From contig CAYXMF010000002.1 of assembly GCA_964465845.1 (NCBI GenBank), forward strand, positions 1-56,598: a stretch of DNA of 56,598 nucleotides, written 5' to 3'. The notes beneath the pieces are model-generated. The model was not told where the DNA came from. It ran no database searches and worked only from the letters and a program-made list of their open reading frames with translations. This DNA is from an uncultured Eubacteriales bacterium. GTDB taxonomy: Bacteria; Bacillota; Clostridia; Oscillospirales; Acutalibacteraceae. Positions 1-8,786 of this stretch are shown here, piece by piece; positions within the stretch are counted from its first letter, which is position 1; each line of letters starts with the position of its first letter. Both the position numbers and the translations under genes were made by a program.

Positions 1-1015
1 CAACTGCGATTGTACCTGAAGCAAATGCTTCCCACTCTGAAACACCCATAGGTCCGTTCCAGATAACTGTGCCTGCGCCCTTAACAGCATCAGCAAACAT
101 TTTCTGTGTCTTAGGACCAATGTCAAGACCCATCCAACCATCAGGAATATCATCAGAATTTACAACCATAGCTTCTGTATCAGCCTTATATTCCTTACCA
201 ACTTTGTTATCAACAGGAATAAGGAACTTAACGCCTTTTTCTTCAGCTTTCTTCATCATTTCAGCAGCAAGTTCAACCTTATCAGCTTCAAGAAGTGAAG
301 TACCGATGTTATGACCAAGAGCCTTCATAAATGTGTAAGCCATACCACCACCGATGATAAGTGTATCACACTTGTCAATAAGGTTTGTGATAACGCCAAT
401 TTTGTCAGAAACTTTAGCACCACCGAGGATTGCAACGAGAGGTCTCTTTGGATTCTCAAGTGCACCACCGATGAATTCGATTTCTTTCTGAATAAGGTAA
501 CCGCAAGCTGCAGGAAGATGTTCTGCAACACCTGCTGTTGAAGAGTGAGCTCTATGAGCTGAACCGAAAGCATCGTTTACATAAAGTTCTGCAAGGTCAG
601 CAAATTTCTTGCTGAGTTCAGGATCATTCTTTGTTTCGCCCTTCTCATAACGAACGTTTTCAAGAAGAAGAACTTCGCCATCTTTAAGGTCAGCAGCAAG
701 TGCCTGAGCACTTTCACCAACAACGTCTTTTGCCATTTTAACTTCCTGACCAAGAAGCTCAGAAAGTCTTGCAGCAACAGGAGCAAGAGAGAACTCAGGA
801 ACTACTTCACCCTTCGGACGACCAAGGTGTGAGCAAAGAATAACCTTTGCACCATTTTCGATAAGATATTTGATTGTTGGTAATGAAGCAACAATTCTCT
901 TGTCACTTGTGATTACGCCATTTTCCATTTTTACGTTGAAGTCGCAACGAACAAGAACTTTCTTGCCAGCTACCTGTAAATCTTCAACAGTCTTTTTGTT
1001 TAATGCACTGCTCAT
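1..1015 (-). CDS. pgk: phosphoglycerate kinase, N-terminal about 338 codons (3' end runs off the left window edge)
   Basis: Absent from the ORF track because there is no stop in the window. My translation from ATG at 1015 gives [33 protein letters not shown]...[13 protein letters not shown], a classic PGK N-terminus. The frame stays open to base 1. Confidence 0.9.
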   Translation of the reverse strand, partial: MSSALNKKTVEDLQVAGKKVLVRCDFNVKMENGVITSDKRIVASLPTIKYLIENGAKVILCSHLGRPKGEVVPEFSLAPVAARLSELLGQEVKMAKDVVGESAQALAADLKDGEVLLLENVRYEKGETKNDPELSKKFADLAELYVNDAFGSAHRAHSSTAGVAEHLPAACGYLIQKEIEFIGGALENPKRPLVAILGGAKVSDKIGVITNLIDKCDTLIIGGGMAYTFMKALGHNIGTSLLEADKVELAAEMMKKAEEKGVKFLIPVDNKVGKEYKADTEAMVVNSDDIPDGWMGLDIGPKTQKMFADAVKGAGTVIWNGPMGVSEWEAFASGTIAV

Positions 1016-1062
1016 TGAAATTACATCCTTTCAAAGATATTTTATAAATTTTACCATAGCAT

Positions 1063-1091
1063 ATTTTATACTACTGTTAAACATTTTTCAA
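1063..1091 (-). promoter_or_regulatory. sigma-A-like promoter for pgk
   Basis: On the minus strand: TTGAAA, 17 nt spacer, TAAAAT, about 45 nt upstream of the pgk ATG. Confidence 0.45.
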
Positions 1092-1125
1092 GTGGTAAGA
1101 AAAGATTTGTTAAAAAATTATCACT

Positions 1126-2127
1126 TTACCCATTATATAGGGACAAAATCGAATTAGTTTTGTCTATAATCATATTTTTCAACTCTTTGGGACCTCTTAC
1201 CTTTATACTGTCACCGAACTGCATAATCCATGAAACCAAACCGTCTGTGACTGCAACATCAACCTTTGCTGTAAAATGTTCATTGTCAATAGCTTTCATA
1301 TAACATTTTTCACCAAATCGGTCAATAAAATCCTCGATTATTTCGTTTTTACAAATTAGTTCAACGGGTTTTATATCACCTGAGAACATCGACAAATGCT
1401 TGTTACTGTAATCAGCCGTGTCAAATGATGTTGTATAAGGTGAAACATCTGAAAAACGACGCGCCGGAGCATCGGTAACTGTCACACTCTTTAATCTGTC
1501 AACTCTGAGGTGAATAAGATTGTCGTACTTGTTGTAATTACCCACAAGATAATAATGGTCATTTGCCCATATTAGAGCATACGGGTTTATGGTCATTTTC
1601 TTTTCTTCATACTGTGCGCGATTACCCTCAACAACCTTGCGACGCCTATATATTACATCGACCTGACGTTTTTTCAGAATTGCAGTATTCAAAATATCAA
1701 TATTATAGAAAATATTTTCATTCGAACACTTGTTGCTGTTATCAATATAAACCTGCTTTTCAAGGCGATTATACTGATATTCACTTGCAAATGCTGAAAA
1801 TTTCTTTAAAAGAGCTTTTGTCTTTTTTGCAGATATGAAATTTGCAGACTGAACAGCATCTATAAGCAAACGTAGTTCAGCAGTTTCAAAGTGATAAGGC
1901 ACCATAAAATAGCCACGAGGTGACTGAGATTTAATGATTTCATACCCATATTCATTTAAGCACTCAATGCAGTCATATACAGTTTTTCTTTCACATTCAA
2001 TACCATAATCTTCGCGAAGATAATGAATAATATCATTTGCAGAAAGTAAATGGTCTTCGTCAGATTTGCTTGCAAGAATGTCTATAATATAAAGTAAACG
2101 CAGTTTTTGTTTTGATGCAGTTTTCAT
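1126..2127 (-). CDS. HTH-WYL-domain transcriptional regulator
   Basis: 333 aa. N-terminal winged-HTH-like segment (LRLLYIIDIL...), a central WYL signature (INPYALIWANDHYYLVG) and a C-terminal WCX-like extension. The start lies 2 nt after the GH2 stop. Confidence 0.8.
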   Translation of the reverse strand: MKTASKQKLRLLYIIDILASKSDEDHLLSANDIIHYLREDYGIECERKTVYDCIECLNEYGYEIIKSQSPRGYFMVPYHFETAELRLLIDAVQSANFISAKKTKALLKKFSAFASEYQYNRLEKQVYIDNSNKCSNENIFYNIDILNTAILKKRQVDVIYRRRKVVEGNRAQYEEKKMTINPYALIWANDHYYLVGNYNKYDNLIHLRVDRLKSVTVTDAPARRFSDVSPYTTSFDTADYSNKHLSMFSGDIKPVELICKNEIIEDFIDRFGEKCYMKAIDNEHFTAKVDVAVTDGLVSWIMQFGDSIKVRGPKELKNMIIDKTNSILSLYNG

Positions 2128-2129
2128 AA

Positions 2130-3884
2130 TTATTTCATAATGGTGAGCTTACTGTTGAGGTCGATAATAACATCTTCATCAATCTTAATATGCTCACGGT
2201 CATAAGTTAAAATTCCGTTAACTTCGTTCTCAACGTCACTTACCTGAGTATAAACTGTGGCACTAAGACCTTTATCGATAAGCGGAATAATCTGCTTTTC
2301 GTGTAAGTTCTTGTAAGCCTTTGTAAGTGAAGCCTTAGTTTTATACATCATATATCCAAAGCTCTTTGATTCATCCCATGTATGGTCACTAACAACACGG
2401 CTGTATCCACCGAATTCAGTAAGTGCAAAGATTCTGCCATCATTTTTACGGCCTGTAACAGGCACAGTATATCTGTGCATACTGTTAAAGTCACCTGCAC
2501 CTTGGTCATGCCAACCACTTGCATGGTCAACAAGTCTTGTTGGGTCAAAGTTTTTAACGCTTGTAGCAATCTGAACAGAATCGAATTGTCCCCAGCCTTC
2601 GTTGAATGGCACCCATACAGAAATACATGTGTGGTTAAACAACTGATTAAGCATTTCGTTAAGCTCACGCTTGAATTCATCTCGCCATTTCTTTTCGCCA
2701 CGTTTGAATGCCTTGTATTTATCGTCTTTTACATTAATGCCAAAGAATGGGTAAACACCTGCAAGCATTGTGCCTATGTATTCACCACCGCTTACCATGT
2801 CTTGCCATACAAGCATTCCAAGTCTATCGCAATGATAATACCAACGGTCAAGTTCAACCTTAATGTGCTTACGAAGCATATTGAAACCAAGACGTTTCAT
2901 TGTTTCAATATCATAAATCATTGCTTCATCAGTTGGAGGTGTCATACCACCATCTGACCAATAACCCTGGTCAAGAAGACCTTTCTGGAAATAAGGCTCA
3001 TTGTTAAGGAAAAATCTTGGAATACCGTAATTGTCTTTTTCCATTGAAAATTTACGCATACCAATATAGCTCTTAACTGTATCAACAGTATTATTATCTT
3101 TAATGAGTTCAATTTTAAGGTCATAAAGGAATGGGTTTTCAGGTGACCAGAGTTTTATATCTTCAAACTTAATTTCATCGTCCAAAGAAATTGTATTTTC
3201 AGATACAACTGTTTCACCCTCAAAAACTGTAACCTTAACTTTGCAATCATCAGCAGTAGCAAAAGTCTTGATTTTAAGATTTTTTTCGTCGATATCAGGA
3301 ATCATACGAAGTTTTGTAATATGACACTCGTCAGCAGCTTCAAGCCAAACGCTCTGCCAGATACCTGATGTTGCTGTGTACCAGAAGCCGTGAGTATCAA
3401 TAACCTGTTTACCACGCTGTTGCCAACCTTTTTCAGTTGGGTCATAAACGCAAACTACAAGCTCATTTTCACCGTCAACAAGCAAGTTTGTAATATCAAG
3501 TGTAAAAGTTGCATAACCTCCTGTATGAGTGCCTGCAAGTGATTTATTTACATAAACCTTACACTGCCAGTCAACTGCGGCAAAGTTAAGAAGAATATTC
3601 TTGCCTTTCATATTTTCAGGAATTGTAAAGCTCTTTTTATACCAAAGACGCTGACTTGGAAGTAATTGCTTTTCTACACCTGAAAGCATACTTTCAATTG
3701 CAAATGGCACTACAATTTCACCGTCAAAATCTTCTGCCCATTCACAATCAGAATTTTTGATTGCATAGTCATAAACACCATTAAGTGACATCCAGTCACT
3801 TCTTTCCATTTGCGGACGAGGATATTCAGGCAACGGATTATTTCTATCAACCTTATCAGTCCAACGAGTTTTCATAAATCCCAT
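2130..3884 (-). CDS. glycoside hydrolase family 2 (beta-galactosidase/beta-glucuronidase-like), no signal peptide
   Basis: GH2 sugar-binding, Ig-like and TIM-barrel layout, with an acid/base-type motif WVPFNEGWGQ. I moved the start to ATG 3884 (MGFMKTRW), which has GGAGG 8 nt upstream. The ORF-track start at 3923 has no SD. Confidence 0.85.
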   Translation of the reverse strand: MGFMKTRWTDKVDRNNPLPEYPRPQMERSDWMSLNGVYDYAIKNSDCEWAEDFDGEIVVPFAIESMLSGVEKQLLPSQRLWYKKSFTIPENMKGKNILLNFAAVDWQCKVYVNKSLAGTHTGGYATFTLDITNLLVDGENELVVCVYDPTEKGWQQRGKQVIDTHGFWYTATSGIWQSVWLEAADECHITKLRMIPDIDEKNLKIKTFATADDCKVKVTVFEGETVVSENTISLDDEIKFEDIKLWSPENPFLYDLKIELIKDNNTVDTVKSYIGMRKFSMEKDNYGIPRFFLNNEPYFQKGLLDQGYWSDGGMTPPTDEAMIYDIETMKRLGFNMLRKHIKVELDRWYYHCDRLGMLVWQDMVSGGEYIGTMLAGVYPFFGINVKDDKYKAFKRGEKKWRDEFKRELNEMLNQLFNHTCISVWVPFNEGWGQFDSVQIATSVKNFDPTRLVDHASGWHDQGAGDFNSMHRYTVPVTGRKNDGRIFALTEFGGYSRVVSDHTWDESKSFGYMMYKTKASLTKAYKNLHEKQIIPLIDKGLSATVYTQVSDVENEVNGILTYDREHIKIDEDVIIDLNSKLTIMK

Positions 3885-3964
3885 AAGTTTTACCTCCAAT
3901 TTGAGTAAAGCCTGCAACGGCATATAATCATATATATTTTATAACATAATCATCCATTTGTCTA

Positions 3965-3993
3965 TTGAAAATTCAAAATTTCTTTGATATAAT
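3965..3993 (+). promoter_or_regulatory. sigma-A-like promoter of tRNA-Leu
   Basis: TTGAAA (3965-3970), 17 nt spacer, extended -10 TGaTATAAT (TATAAT at 3988-3993), 13 nt before the tRNA 5' end. Confidence 0.6.
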
Positions 3994-4006
3994 ACAAAAG
4001 TAATAT

Positions 4007-4091
4007 GCGGGTATGGTGGAATTGGCAGACACGCAAGATTTAGGATCTTGTGCCGAGAGGTGTACAGGTTCGACCCCTGCTACCCGCACCA
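4007..4091 (+). tRNA. tRNA-Leu (anticodon UAG), long variable arm, encoded CCA
   Basis: Acceptor GCGGGTA/TACCCGC; anticodon stem CAAGA/TCTTG with loop TTTAGGA; GGTTCGA T-loop; 3' ACCA. Confidence 0.93.
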
Positions 4092-4093
4092 AT

Positions 4094-4125
4094 AAAAATC
4101 CCGGCACTAAGTCGGGATTTTTTTG
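4094..4125 (+). terminator. intrinsic terminator after tRNA-Leu
   Basis: AATCCCGGC...GTCGGGATT hairpin followed by a T7 run. Confidence 0.75.
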
Positions 4126-4139
4126 AAAGGAAATTCCCT

Positions 4140-5303
4140 ATGAAAAATAAAACTTCTTTAGTTTTTACAGGCGATATAGGTTTTGACCGTTATATGTATG
4201 GTAAATGGGACGATGATGAGTTAATTTCAAAAGAAATTCTTGACTTTCTTCACAGTGCTGACCATGTAATCACAAATGTTGAAGGTCCAATTGCGAATGC
4301 TGAGCAAAACACTACTCAAAGTGGCGTTAAACAGTTGTTGCATACTATTGACCCTAAAGCTGTAAAAGTGCTTAAAAATATGAAATCTGATATATGGAAT
4401 ATCTGCAACAATCATATTATGGATGCAGGACCTTATGGTATTGAAAGCACATTAAAAATCGCCAAAGAATTCGGTGCGCAGACTATTGGTGCAGGAATGA
4501 ACATTGATGAAGCAAGAAAGCCTGTTATTCTTGATGAAGCAGGCGGAATTGGTATGTTTGGTGTTGGTTATCAGCGTGCATGCAGAAAAGCAGATATTGA
4601 TAAGCCAGGCTGTTACAGTTGGAGTGATTTAGACGCTATTCAACAGTCAATTGACGAAATCAAGAAAACTTGTCGTTGGTGTATTGTTGTTGCTCATGCA
4701 GGTGAAGAATTCACTCCGCTCCCCTCACCATATACAAGAGAAAGATACCATAAATATCTTGAAATGGGCGCAGATATTGTTGTTGCACATCATCCACACG
4801 TGCCTATGAATTATGAAACTGTTGGCAACAAAATTATTTTCTATTCTTTAGGTAATTTTATTTTTGATACCGATTATCAACGCTCACAATTTAACACTGA
4901 CATTGGCTTGCTTATTAAACTCAATTTTACAGAAAATGAGTTTACTTACGAGCCTATGGGACTTAAAATTGTTCGTGGACCTGAACATATTGTTAAAGAT
5001 GAGTTACCACGCATATTTGTTGACGTTCAGGAGGACGAATATAACCTTTTGGCTCCTCTTTCGGCTAAGATGCTTATTGCAGCAACAAAGCGTCAGATGA
5101 CCTATTTAAAGCCAGAAGAATTCAAGGGTGCAAGTGAAGAAAAATGGAAAGAACATTTTGCTGAACCATTAAGAACCGGTCGAGTACCTGGCGAAACTTT
5201 GGATTTCCATATTATTTGCCCATTGGCAGAAAAAGCCGAAGATGGCAAATGGAAAGAAAGCAAATTAGAAGATGTTAAAAACTATATTTTAGAGCAAATG
5301 TAA
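4140..5303 (+). CDS. CapA/PGA_cap-family metallophosphatase-like protein, cytoplasmic (no signal peptide or TM segment)
   Basis: Family motifs FTGDIGFDR, NVEGPI, NNHIMD, HAGEEF and HHPHV. The start is reset to ATG 4140 (SD AAAGGA), because the ORF-track start at 4050 reads through the tRNA and its terminator. Confidence 0.75.
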   Translation: MKNKTSLVFTGDIGFDRYMYGKWDDDELISKEILDFLHSADHVITNVEGPIANAEQNTTQSGVKQLLHTIDPKAVKVLKNMKSDIWNICNNHIMDAGPYGIESTLKIAKEFGAQTIGAGMNIDEARKPVILDEAGGIGMFGVGYQRACRKADIDKPGCYSWSDLDAIQQSIDEIKKTCRWCIVVAHAGEEFTPLPSPYTRERYHKYLEMGADIVVAHHPHVPMNYETVGNKIIFYSLGNFIFDTDYQRSQFNTDIGLLIKLNFTENEFTYEPMGLKIVRGPEHIVKDELPRIFVDVQEDEYNLLAPLSAKMLIAATKRQMTYLKPEEFKGASEEKWKEHFAEPLRTGRVPGETLDFHIICPLAEKAEDGKWKESKLEDVKNYILEQM

Positions 5304-5313
5304 GGTGAGTCTT

Positions 5314-6093
5314 ATGTATTGGGGTATTCCTACACTAATTGAAAACAGTTCTATTGAAGAATCGGTCGATCTGTGCAAAGAATTAGATTTTGATTTTGTA
5401 GAATTAAATATGAATTTGCCACAATATCAACTAAATAATATTGATGTTAGCAAACTAATTGCTCTCCAAAAGGAAAAGAATATATTTTTTACTATTCACT
5501 TAGATGAAAACTTAAATGTTAGCGACTTTAATAGATATGTTGCAGATGCTTATTTAAAAACAGTGCTTGATACAATTGAATTAGCTAAAAAGCTTGATGC
5601 AAGAACAATAAATATGCACTTATCAAAAGGTGTTTATTTTACCCTGCCAGATAAAAAAGTTTACTTATTTGAACAATACAAAGAAGAATATCTTAATAGT
5701 ATCGTAAGTTTTAGAAATTCAGTTGAAAAAGCAGTTGAAAAAAGTAAAATTAAAATCTGCATTGAAAATACCAACGGATATACTGATTTTCAAGTTGAAG
5801 CTATCGACATTTTATTGCAAAGCCCCATATTTGCACTAACTTTTGATATTGGTCATAATTATTGCGTTAGCGGTGCAGATGAAAAAATCATTATGGAAAG
5901 AGAAAATAGTCTTACTCACATACATTTACACGACGCAAGCGACAAAAAAGACCATATGACATTGAGCACAGGTAAAGTTGATATTAAAAAATATATTAAA
6001 TTGGCAAAAAAACATAATTGTACAGTTGTTCTTGAAACAAAAACAATTGATGCATTAAGAAAATCAGTCGAATGGTTAAAGGAAAACAATTAG
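5314..6093 (+). CDS. xylose-isomerase-like TIM-barrel protein (AP_endonuc_2 / sugar phosphate isomerase-epimerase family)
   Basis: Metal-ligand pattern typical of the family: HLDE, CIENT, FDIGHN, HIHLHDA...DH...G.G, LET. ATG 5314 has SD AAGGTGA 5 nt upstream. A GTG at 5305 is an alternative start. Confidence 0.7.
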   Translation: MYWGIPTLIENSSIEESVDLCKELDFDFVELNMNLPQYQLNNIDVSKLIALQKEKNIFFTIHLDENLNVSDFNRYVADAYLKTVLDTIELAKKLDARTINMHLSKGVYFTLPDKKVYLFEQYKEEYLNSIVSFRNSVEKAVEKSKIKICIENTNGYTDFQVEAIDILLQSPIFALTFDIGHNYCVSGADEKIIMERENSLTHIHLHDASDKKDHMTLSTGKVDIKKYIKLAKKHNCTVVLETKTIDALRKSVEWLKENN

Positions 6094-6103
6094 GGTGAAT
6101 ATA

Positions 6104-6532
6104 ATGCATAAAATATTTGGAAGAAAAGAAAATGTTGAATACTCTACCCGAATTGGTGCATATTTAATTCCAATTGAGAACAATAAAATAGGCGTAATTA
6201 AAACAAATAAAGGTTATTTTTTAATCGGTGGCGGAAAAGAAGCCAATGAAACAGATAAGCAATGCATTAAACGCGAATGTATAGAAGAAATTGGGTGTGA
6301 CGTTACAATACATAACCAAATTTGCAGTGCCGAAACATATACTTTCCACGAAAAAATCGGTTATTTTCACCCCGTTCAGACTTTTTATTTAGGATCAATA
6401 AATTACAAAGTACAAGAGCCCGTTGAATCAGACCACATTTTAGTTTGGTTAAGTTTTGAAGAAATTCAAAATAAAATGTATGTTGAGATGCAAGGTTGGG
6501 CAATAGAACAAGCAATAAAAGGATTGGTATAA
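6104..6532 (+). CDS. Nudix hydrolase
   Basis: Complete Nudix box GGKEANETDKQCIKRECIEEIG (Gx5Ex7REx2EExG). ATG 6104 has SD AGGGTGA. A GTG at 6095 is an alternative start. Confidence 0.85.
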   Translation: MHKIFGRKENVEYSTRIGAYLIPIENNKIGVIKTNKGYFLIGGGKEANETDKQCIKRECIEEIGCDVTIHNQICSAETYTFHEKIGYFHPVQTFYLGSINYKVQEPVESDHILVWLSFEEIQNKMYVEMQGWAIEQAIKGLV

Positions 6533-6553
6533 GCAAACCAATCCTTTTTCTTT
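6518..6553. terminator. hairpin terminator between the convergent Nudix and amidase genes
   Basis: AAAGGATTGG / CCAATCCTTT stem with a 10-nt loop, then TTTTTCTTTT on the plus strand. It overlaps the Nudix stop codon. Confidence 0.65.
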
Positions 6554-7038
6554 TACCAAGTATTGACTTTTTCAATGTGTACTGGAAATGCCGAATTGTA
6601 TCTGTAGCTGTCAAGTCTTCGCATGTATGAATCAACTGTATGTGAACAGATTAATATTTCACCGTCAGTATCAAATCCTGTTACAACAAGTGTATGATAC
6701 AGTCTTTGACCATTACTTAAAAAGATAACATCACCAAGTTGAATTTCGTTCAAATCCGAATCTCTGCCAACAGGACCTACACTTTCATTAGTTGTTAGAA
6801 ATCTGTATAAATATTGCACACCTGACCAAGCAGCTGCACGGTCATCTGGTGAAATATAATACCAACCATAGTCCCTTGTATAATTCATTACACCTGCACC
6901 AGCATAAATACATTGCGATGCAAAATTAGTGCAATCCCCACCTATTCCGTGAAAATCGAAATACTGCGGATTTCTTGACAGCGCCCATTTTTTAGCATAT
7001 TCAACCGCATTATTTCTGTTATATTCAAAACTACGCAT
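6553..7038 (-). CDS. putative amidase-domain protein (Amidase_6 / papain-like NlpC-P60-type fold), no signal peptide
   Basis: GGDCTNFASQCIYAGAG (catalytic-Cys context) and a downstream LYHTLVV His. ATG 7038 is preferred over the ORF-track GTG at 7047. Confidence 0.7.
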   Translation of the reverse strand: MRSFEYNRNNAVEYAKKWALSRNPQYFDFHGIGGDCTNFASQCIYAGAGVMNYTRDYGWYYISPDDRAAAWSGVQYLYRFLTTNESVGPVGRDSDLNEIQLGDVIFLSNGQRLYHTLVVTGFDTDGEILICSHTVDSYMRRLDSYRYNSAFPVHIEKVNTW

Positions 7039-7043
7039 AAAAA

Positions 7044-7072
7044 TCACCCTCTACATTTTATGCAGAGGGTGA
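7044..7072 (-). terminator. terminator hairpin after the symporter gene; its 3' arm carries the amidase SD
   Basis: On the minus strand: TCACCCTCT, 11-nt loop, AGAGGGTGA, then TTTTT, then ATG 7038. Confidence 0.6.
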
Positions 7073-7084
7073 CTGTCAGTTAAT

Positions 7085-8485
7085 TTAATTCCAATAATCT
7101 GTTTTATCAGGTAAATCTATGTCTTTAGCCTTGAAAACGGGCTCTACACCATCTTTACGCAGTTTTTCGTAATCTTTTAATGCTCTGAATGCATATTTGC
7201 CAAGATAAATAATTACAGGCATATTTATAATTGTCATTGCGCCCATTGTTACATCTGCAATATTCCAAAGTAAATCTGCACTAAGTCCTGCACCAACAAA
7301 AATAATTACTGATGCAACAATATAATAAATGCTCATAAATACTTTACCTGGCATTTTACCAAAAATGTGGAAAATACATTTATCAACATAGAAAAGATTG
7401 CCGATAAGAGTAGTAAAGGCAAAAAGAATCATTGCAACTGTTATAAAAATTGGTCCGAATGCGCCAAGAGTTTCAGTAAGCGCTGCCTGAATATAAGGTG
7501 CGCCCGAAAGTTCTGCTGACGGCTCTACGCCTGAACTCATACACATAAAAGCAGTTGCTGAACAGATAAGAATTGTATCAATGAACACTGAAAGCACCTG
7601 AACAAGTCCTTGTTTAACGGGATGAGCAACTTCTGCAGAGGCTGATGCATTTGGTGCAGAGCCTACCCCTGCTTCGTTACTGAAAAGTCCACGTTTGATA
7701 CCAAACATTACACAAGAACCACTAAATCCGCCAAAAATTGCCTCAAAATTAAATGCTTCAGAGAAAATTGTTTTAAAAATATCAGGCAAAAGCCCAACAT
7801 TCATAAACACGATTACAAGTGCAACAAGTATATATGCAACACCCATAAATGGTACTAAAGTGCTTGTAACTTTTATTACTCTTTTGCCACCACCAAAAAG
7901 GCAGTAGCCTACTACAACAGCTACAATAAGACCGATAATCCAAGGAGTTGTTTTAGCATCATAAAAACTATACCCTGAAAAAGTTGACTGCAGATTATAA
8001 GATGCCAACATATTGAAGCCGAAACCGTAAGTCAAAATGAGCAAAATAGAAAATACAATAGCAAGTGGCTTGCAATGGAGTGCAGTTTCAATATAATAAG
8101 CTGGTCCGCCGTAACTTCCGTCAGGACCTTTTCTCTTGTAAATCTGTGCCAATGTGCTTTCAATAAAGGCAGATGCACTACCAACAATTGCAATAAGCCA
8201 CATCCAGAAAACAGAGCCAAATCCGCCAAGACATAATGCAGTAGAAACACCAATAATATTGCCTGTACCTACACGAGAAGCAGTTGACACCATAAGTGCC
8301 TGAAATGATGAAACACCTTTTCCGTCTTTCGGTTTTTCCATAACGGCACGGAATTGTTCCTTAAATAATCTGAATTGAACAAACTTGGTACGGAATGTGA
8401 AATATAATCCGCCAAGCACGAGAATGATAACAAGAATGTATCTGTATAAAGCATCGTTTACAGTTGAAATAAGTTGTTCAAACAT
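7085..8485 (-). CDS. alanine/glycine:cation symporter (AGCS family)
   Basis: MFEQLISTVNDALYRY...SSFQALMVSTASRVGTGNIIGV is typical of sodium:alanine symporters, with many TM helices. The start is reset to ATG 8485, because the ORF-track extension to 8650 runs through the promoter region and antisense tRNA-Ser. Confidence 0.9.
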   Translation of the reverse strand: MFEQLISTVNDALYRYILVIILVLGGLYFTFRTKFVQFRLFKEQFRAVMEKPKDGKGVSSFQALMVSTASRVGTGNIIGVSTALCLGGFGSVFWMWLIAIVGSASAFIESTLAQIYKRKGPDGSYGGPAYYIETALHCKPLAIVFSILLILTYGFGFNMLASYNLQSTFSGYSFYDAKTTPWIIGLIVAVVVGYCLFGGGKRVIKVTSTLVPFMGVAYILVALVIVFMNVGLLPDIFKTIFSEAFNFEAIFGGFSGSCVMFGIKRGLFSNEAGVGSAPNASASAEVAHPVKQGLVQVLSVFIDTILICSATAFMCMSSGVEPSAELSGAPYIQAALTETLGAFGPIFITVAMILFAFTTLIGNLFYVDKCIFHIFGKMPGKVFMSIYYIVASVIIFVGAGLSADLLWNIADVTMGAMTIINMPVIIYLGKYAFRALKDYEKLRKDGVEPVFKAKDIDLPDKTDYWN

Positions 8486-8516
8486 TAAAATTTTCCTTAA
8501 ATTTTGTATTGAAAAA

Positions 8517-8545
8517 ATTATATAATATGGCGTTGAAAAAGTCAA
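8517..8545 (-). promoter_or_regulatory. sigma-A-like promoter of the symporter gene
   Basis: On the minus strand: TTGACT, 17 nt spacer, TATAAT, about 30 nt upstream of ATG 8485. Confidence 0.5.
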
Positions 8546-8574
8546 ATGAATAAGATAATAATTGTTAAAAGGTC

Positions 8575-8603
8575 TTGATTTTAAAATTACTTTAATATAT
8601 AAT
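8575..8603 (+). promoter_or_regulatory. sigma-A-like promoter of tRNA-Ser
   Basis: TTGATT, 17 nt spacer, TATAAT, 16 nt before the tRNA 5' end. Confidence 0.55.
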
Positions 8604-8619
8604 ATTGAAGTGTTGACAC

Positions 8620-8712
8620 GGAGAGTTGTCCGAGCTGGTCGAAGGAGCACGACTGGAAATCGTGTAAACTGCTAAAACGGTTTCGAGGGTTCGAATCCCT
8701 TGCTCTCCGCCA
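8620..8712 (+). tRNA. tRNA-Ser (anticodon GGA), long variable arm, encoded CCA
   Basis: Acceptor GGAGAGT/GCTCTCC; anticodon stem CACGA/TCGTG with loop CTGGAAA; GGTTCGAATCC T-arm; 3' GCCA. Confidence 0.93.
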
Positions 8713-8715
8713 AAA

Positions 8716-8758
8716 AATAACCGCAATCTTAATTCGAGGTTGTGGTTATTTTCTTTTT
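8716..8758 (+). terminator. intrinsic terminator after tRNA-Ser
   Basis: AATAACCGCAA / TTGTGGTTATT 11-bp stem followed by TTTTCTTTTT. Confidence 0.7.
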
Positions 8759-8786
8759 ATGATATAATTATAAATGAAAAGGAGTT

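Noticed and set aside
1126-2127. The WYL regulator as a marker of a phage-defence island (BrxR/CapW-like).
   Set aside because: The neighbours are a GH2 glycosidase and pgk. No nuclease, ATPase, methyltransferase or cyclase genes are adjacent within the window.
2382-2957. A 191-aa plus-strand ORF, plus several 60-117-aa ORFs inside the GH2 gene.
   Set aside because: They are antisense or out of frame relative to a motif-supported GH2 gene. They are shadow ORFs.
4050-4139. The ORF-track start of the 417-aa ORF, giving a 30-aa N-terminal extension (MPRGVQVRPLLPAPIKIPALSRDFFERKFP).
   Set aside because: The extension is translated straight through the 3' half of tRNA-Leu and its terminator hairpin. 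A proper SD and ATG exist at 4140.
8486-8650. A 55-aa N-terminal extension of the symporter ORF.
   Set aside because: It runs through the divergent promoter region and antisense to tRNA-Ser. The conserved AGCS N-terminus starts at ATG 8485.
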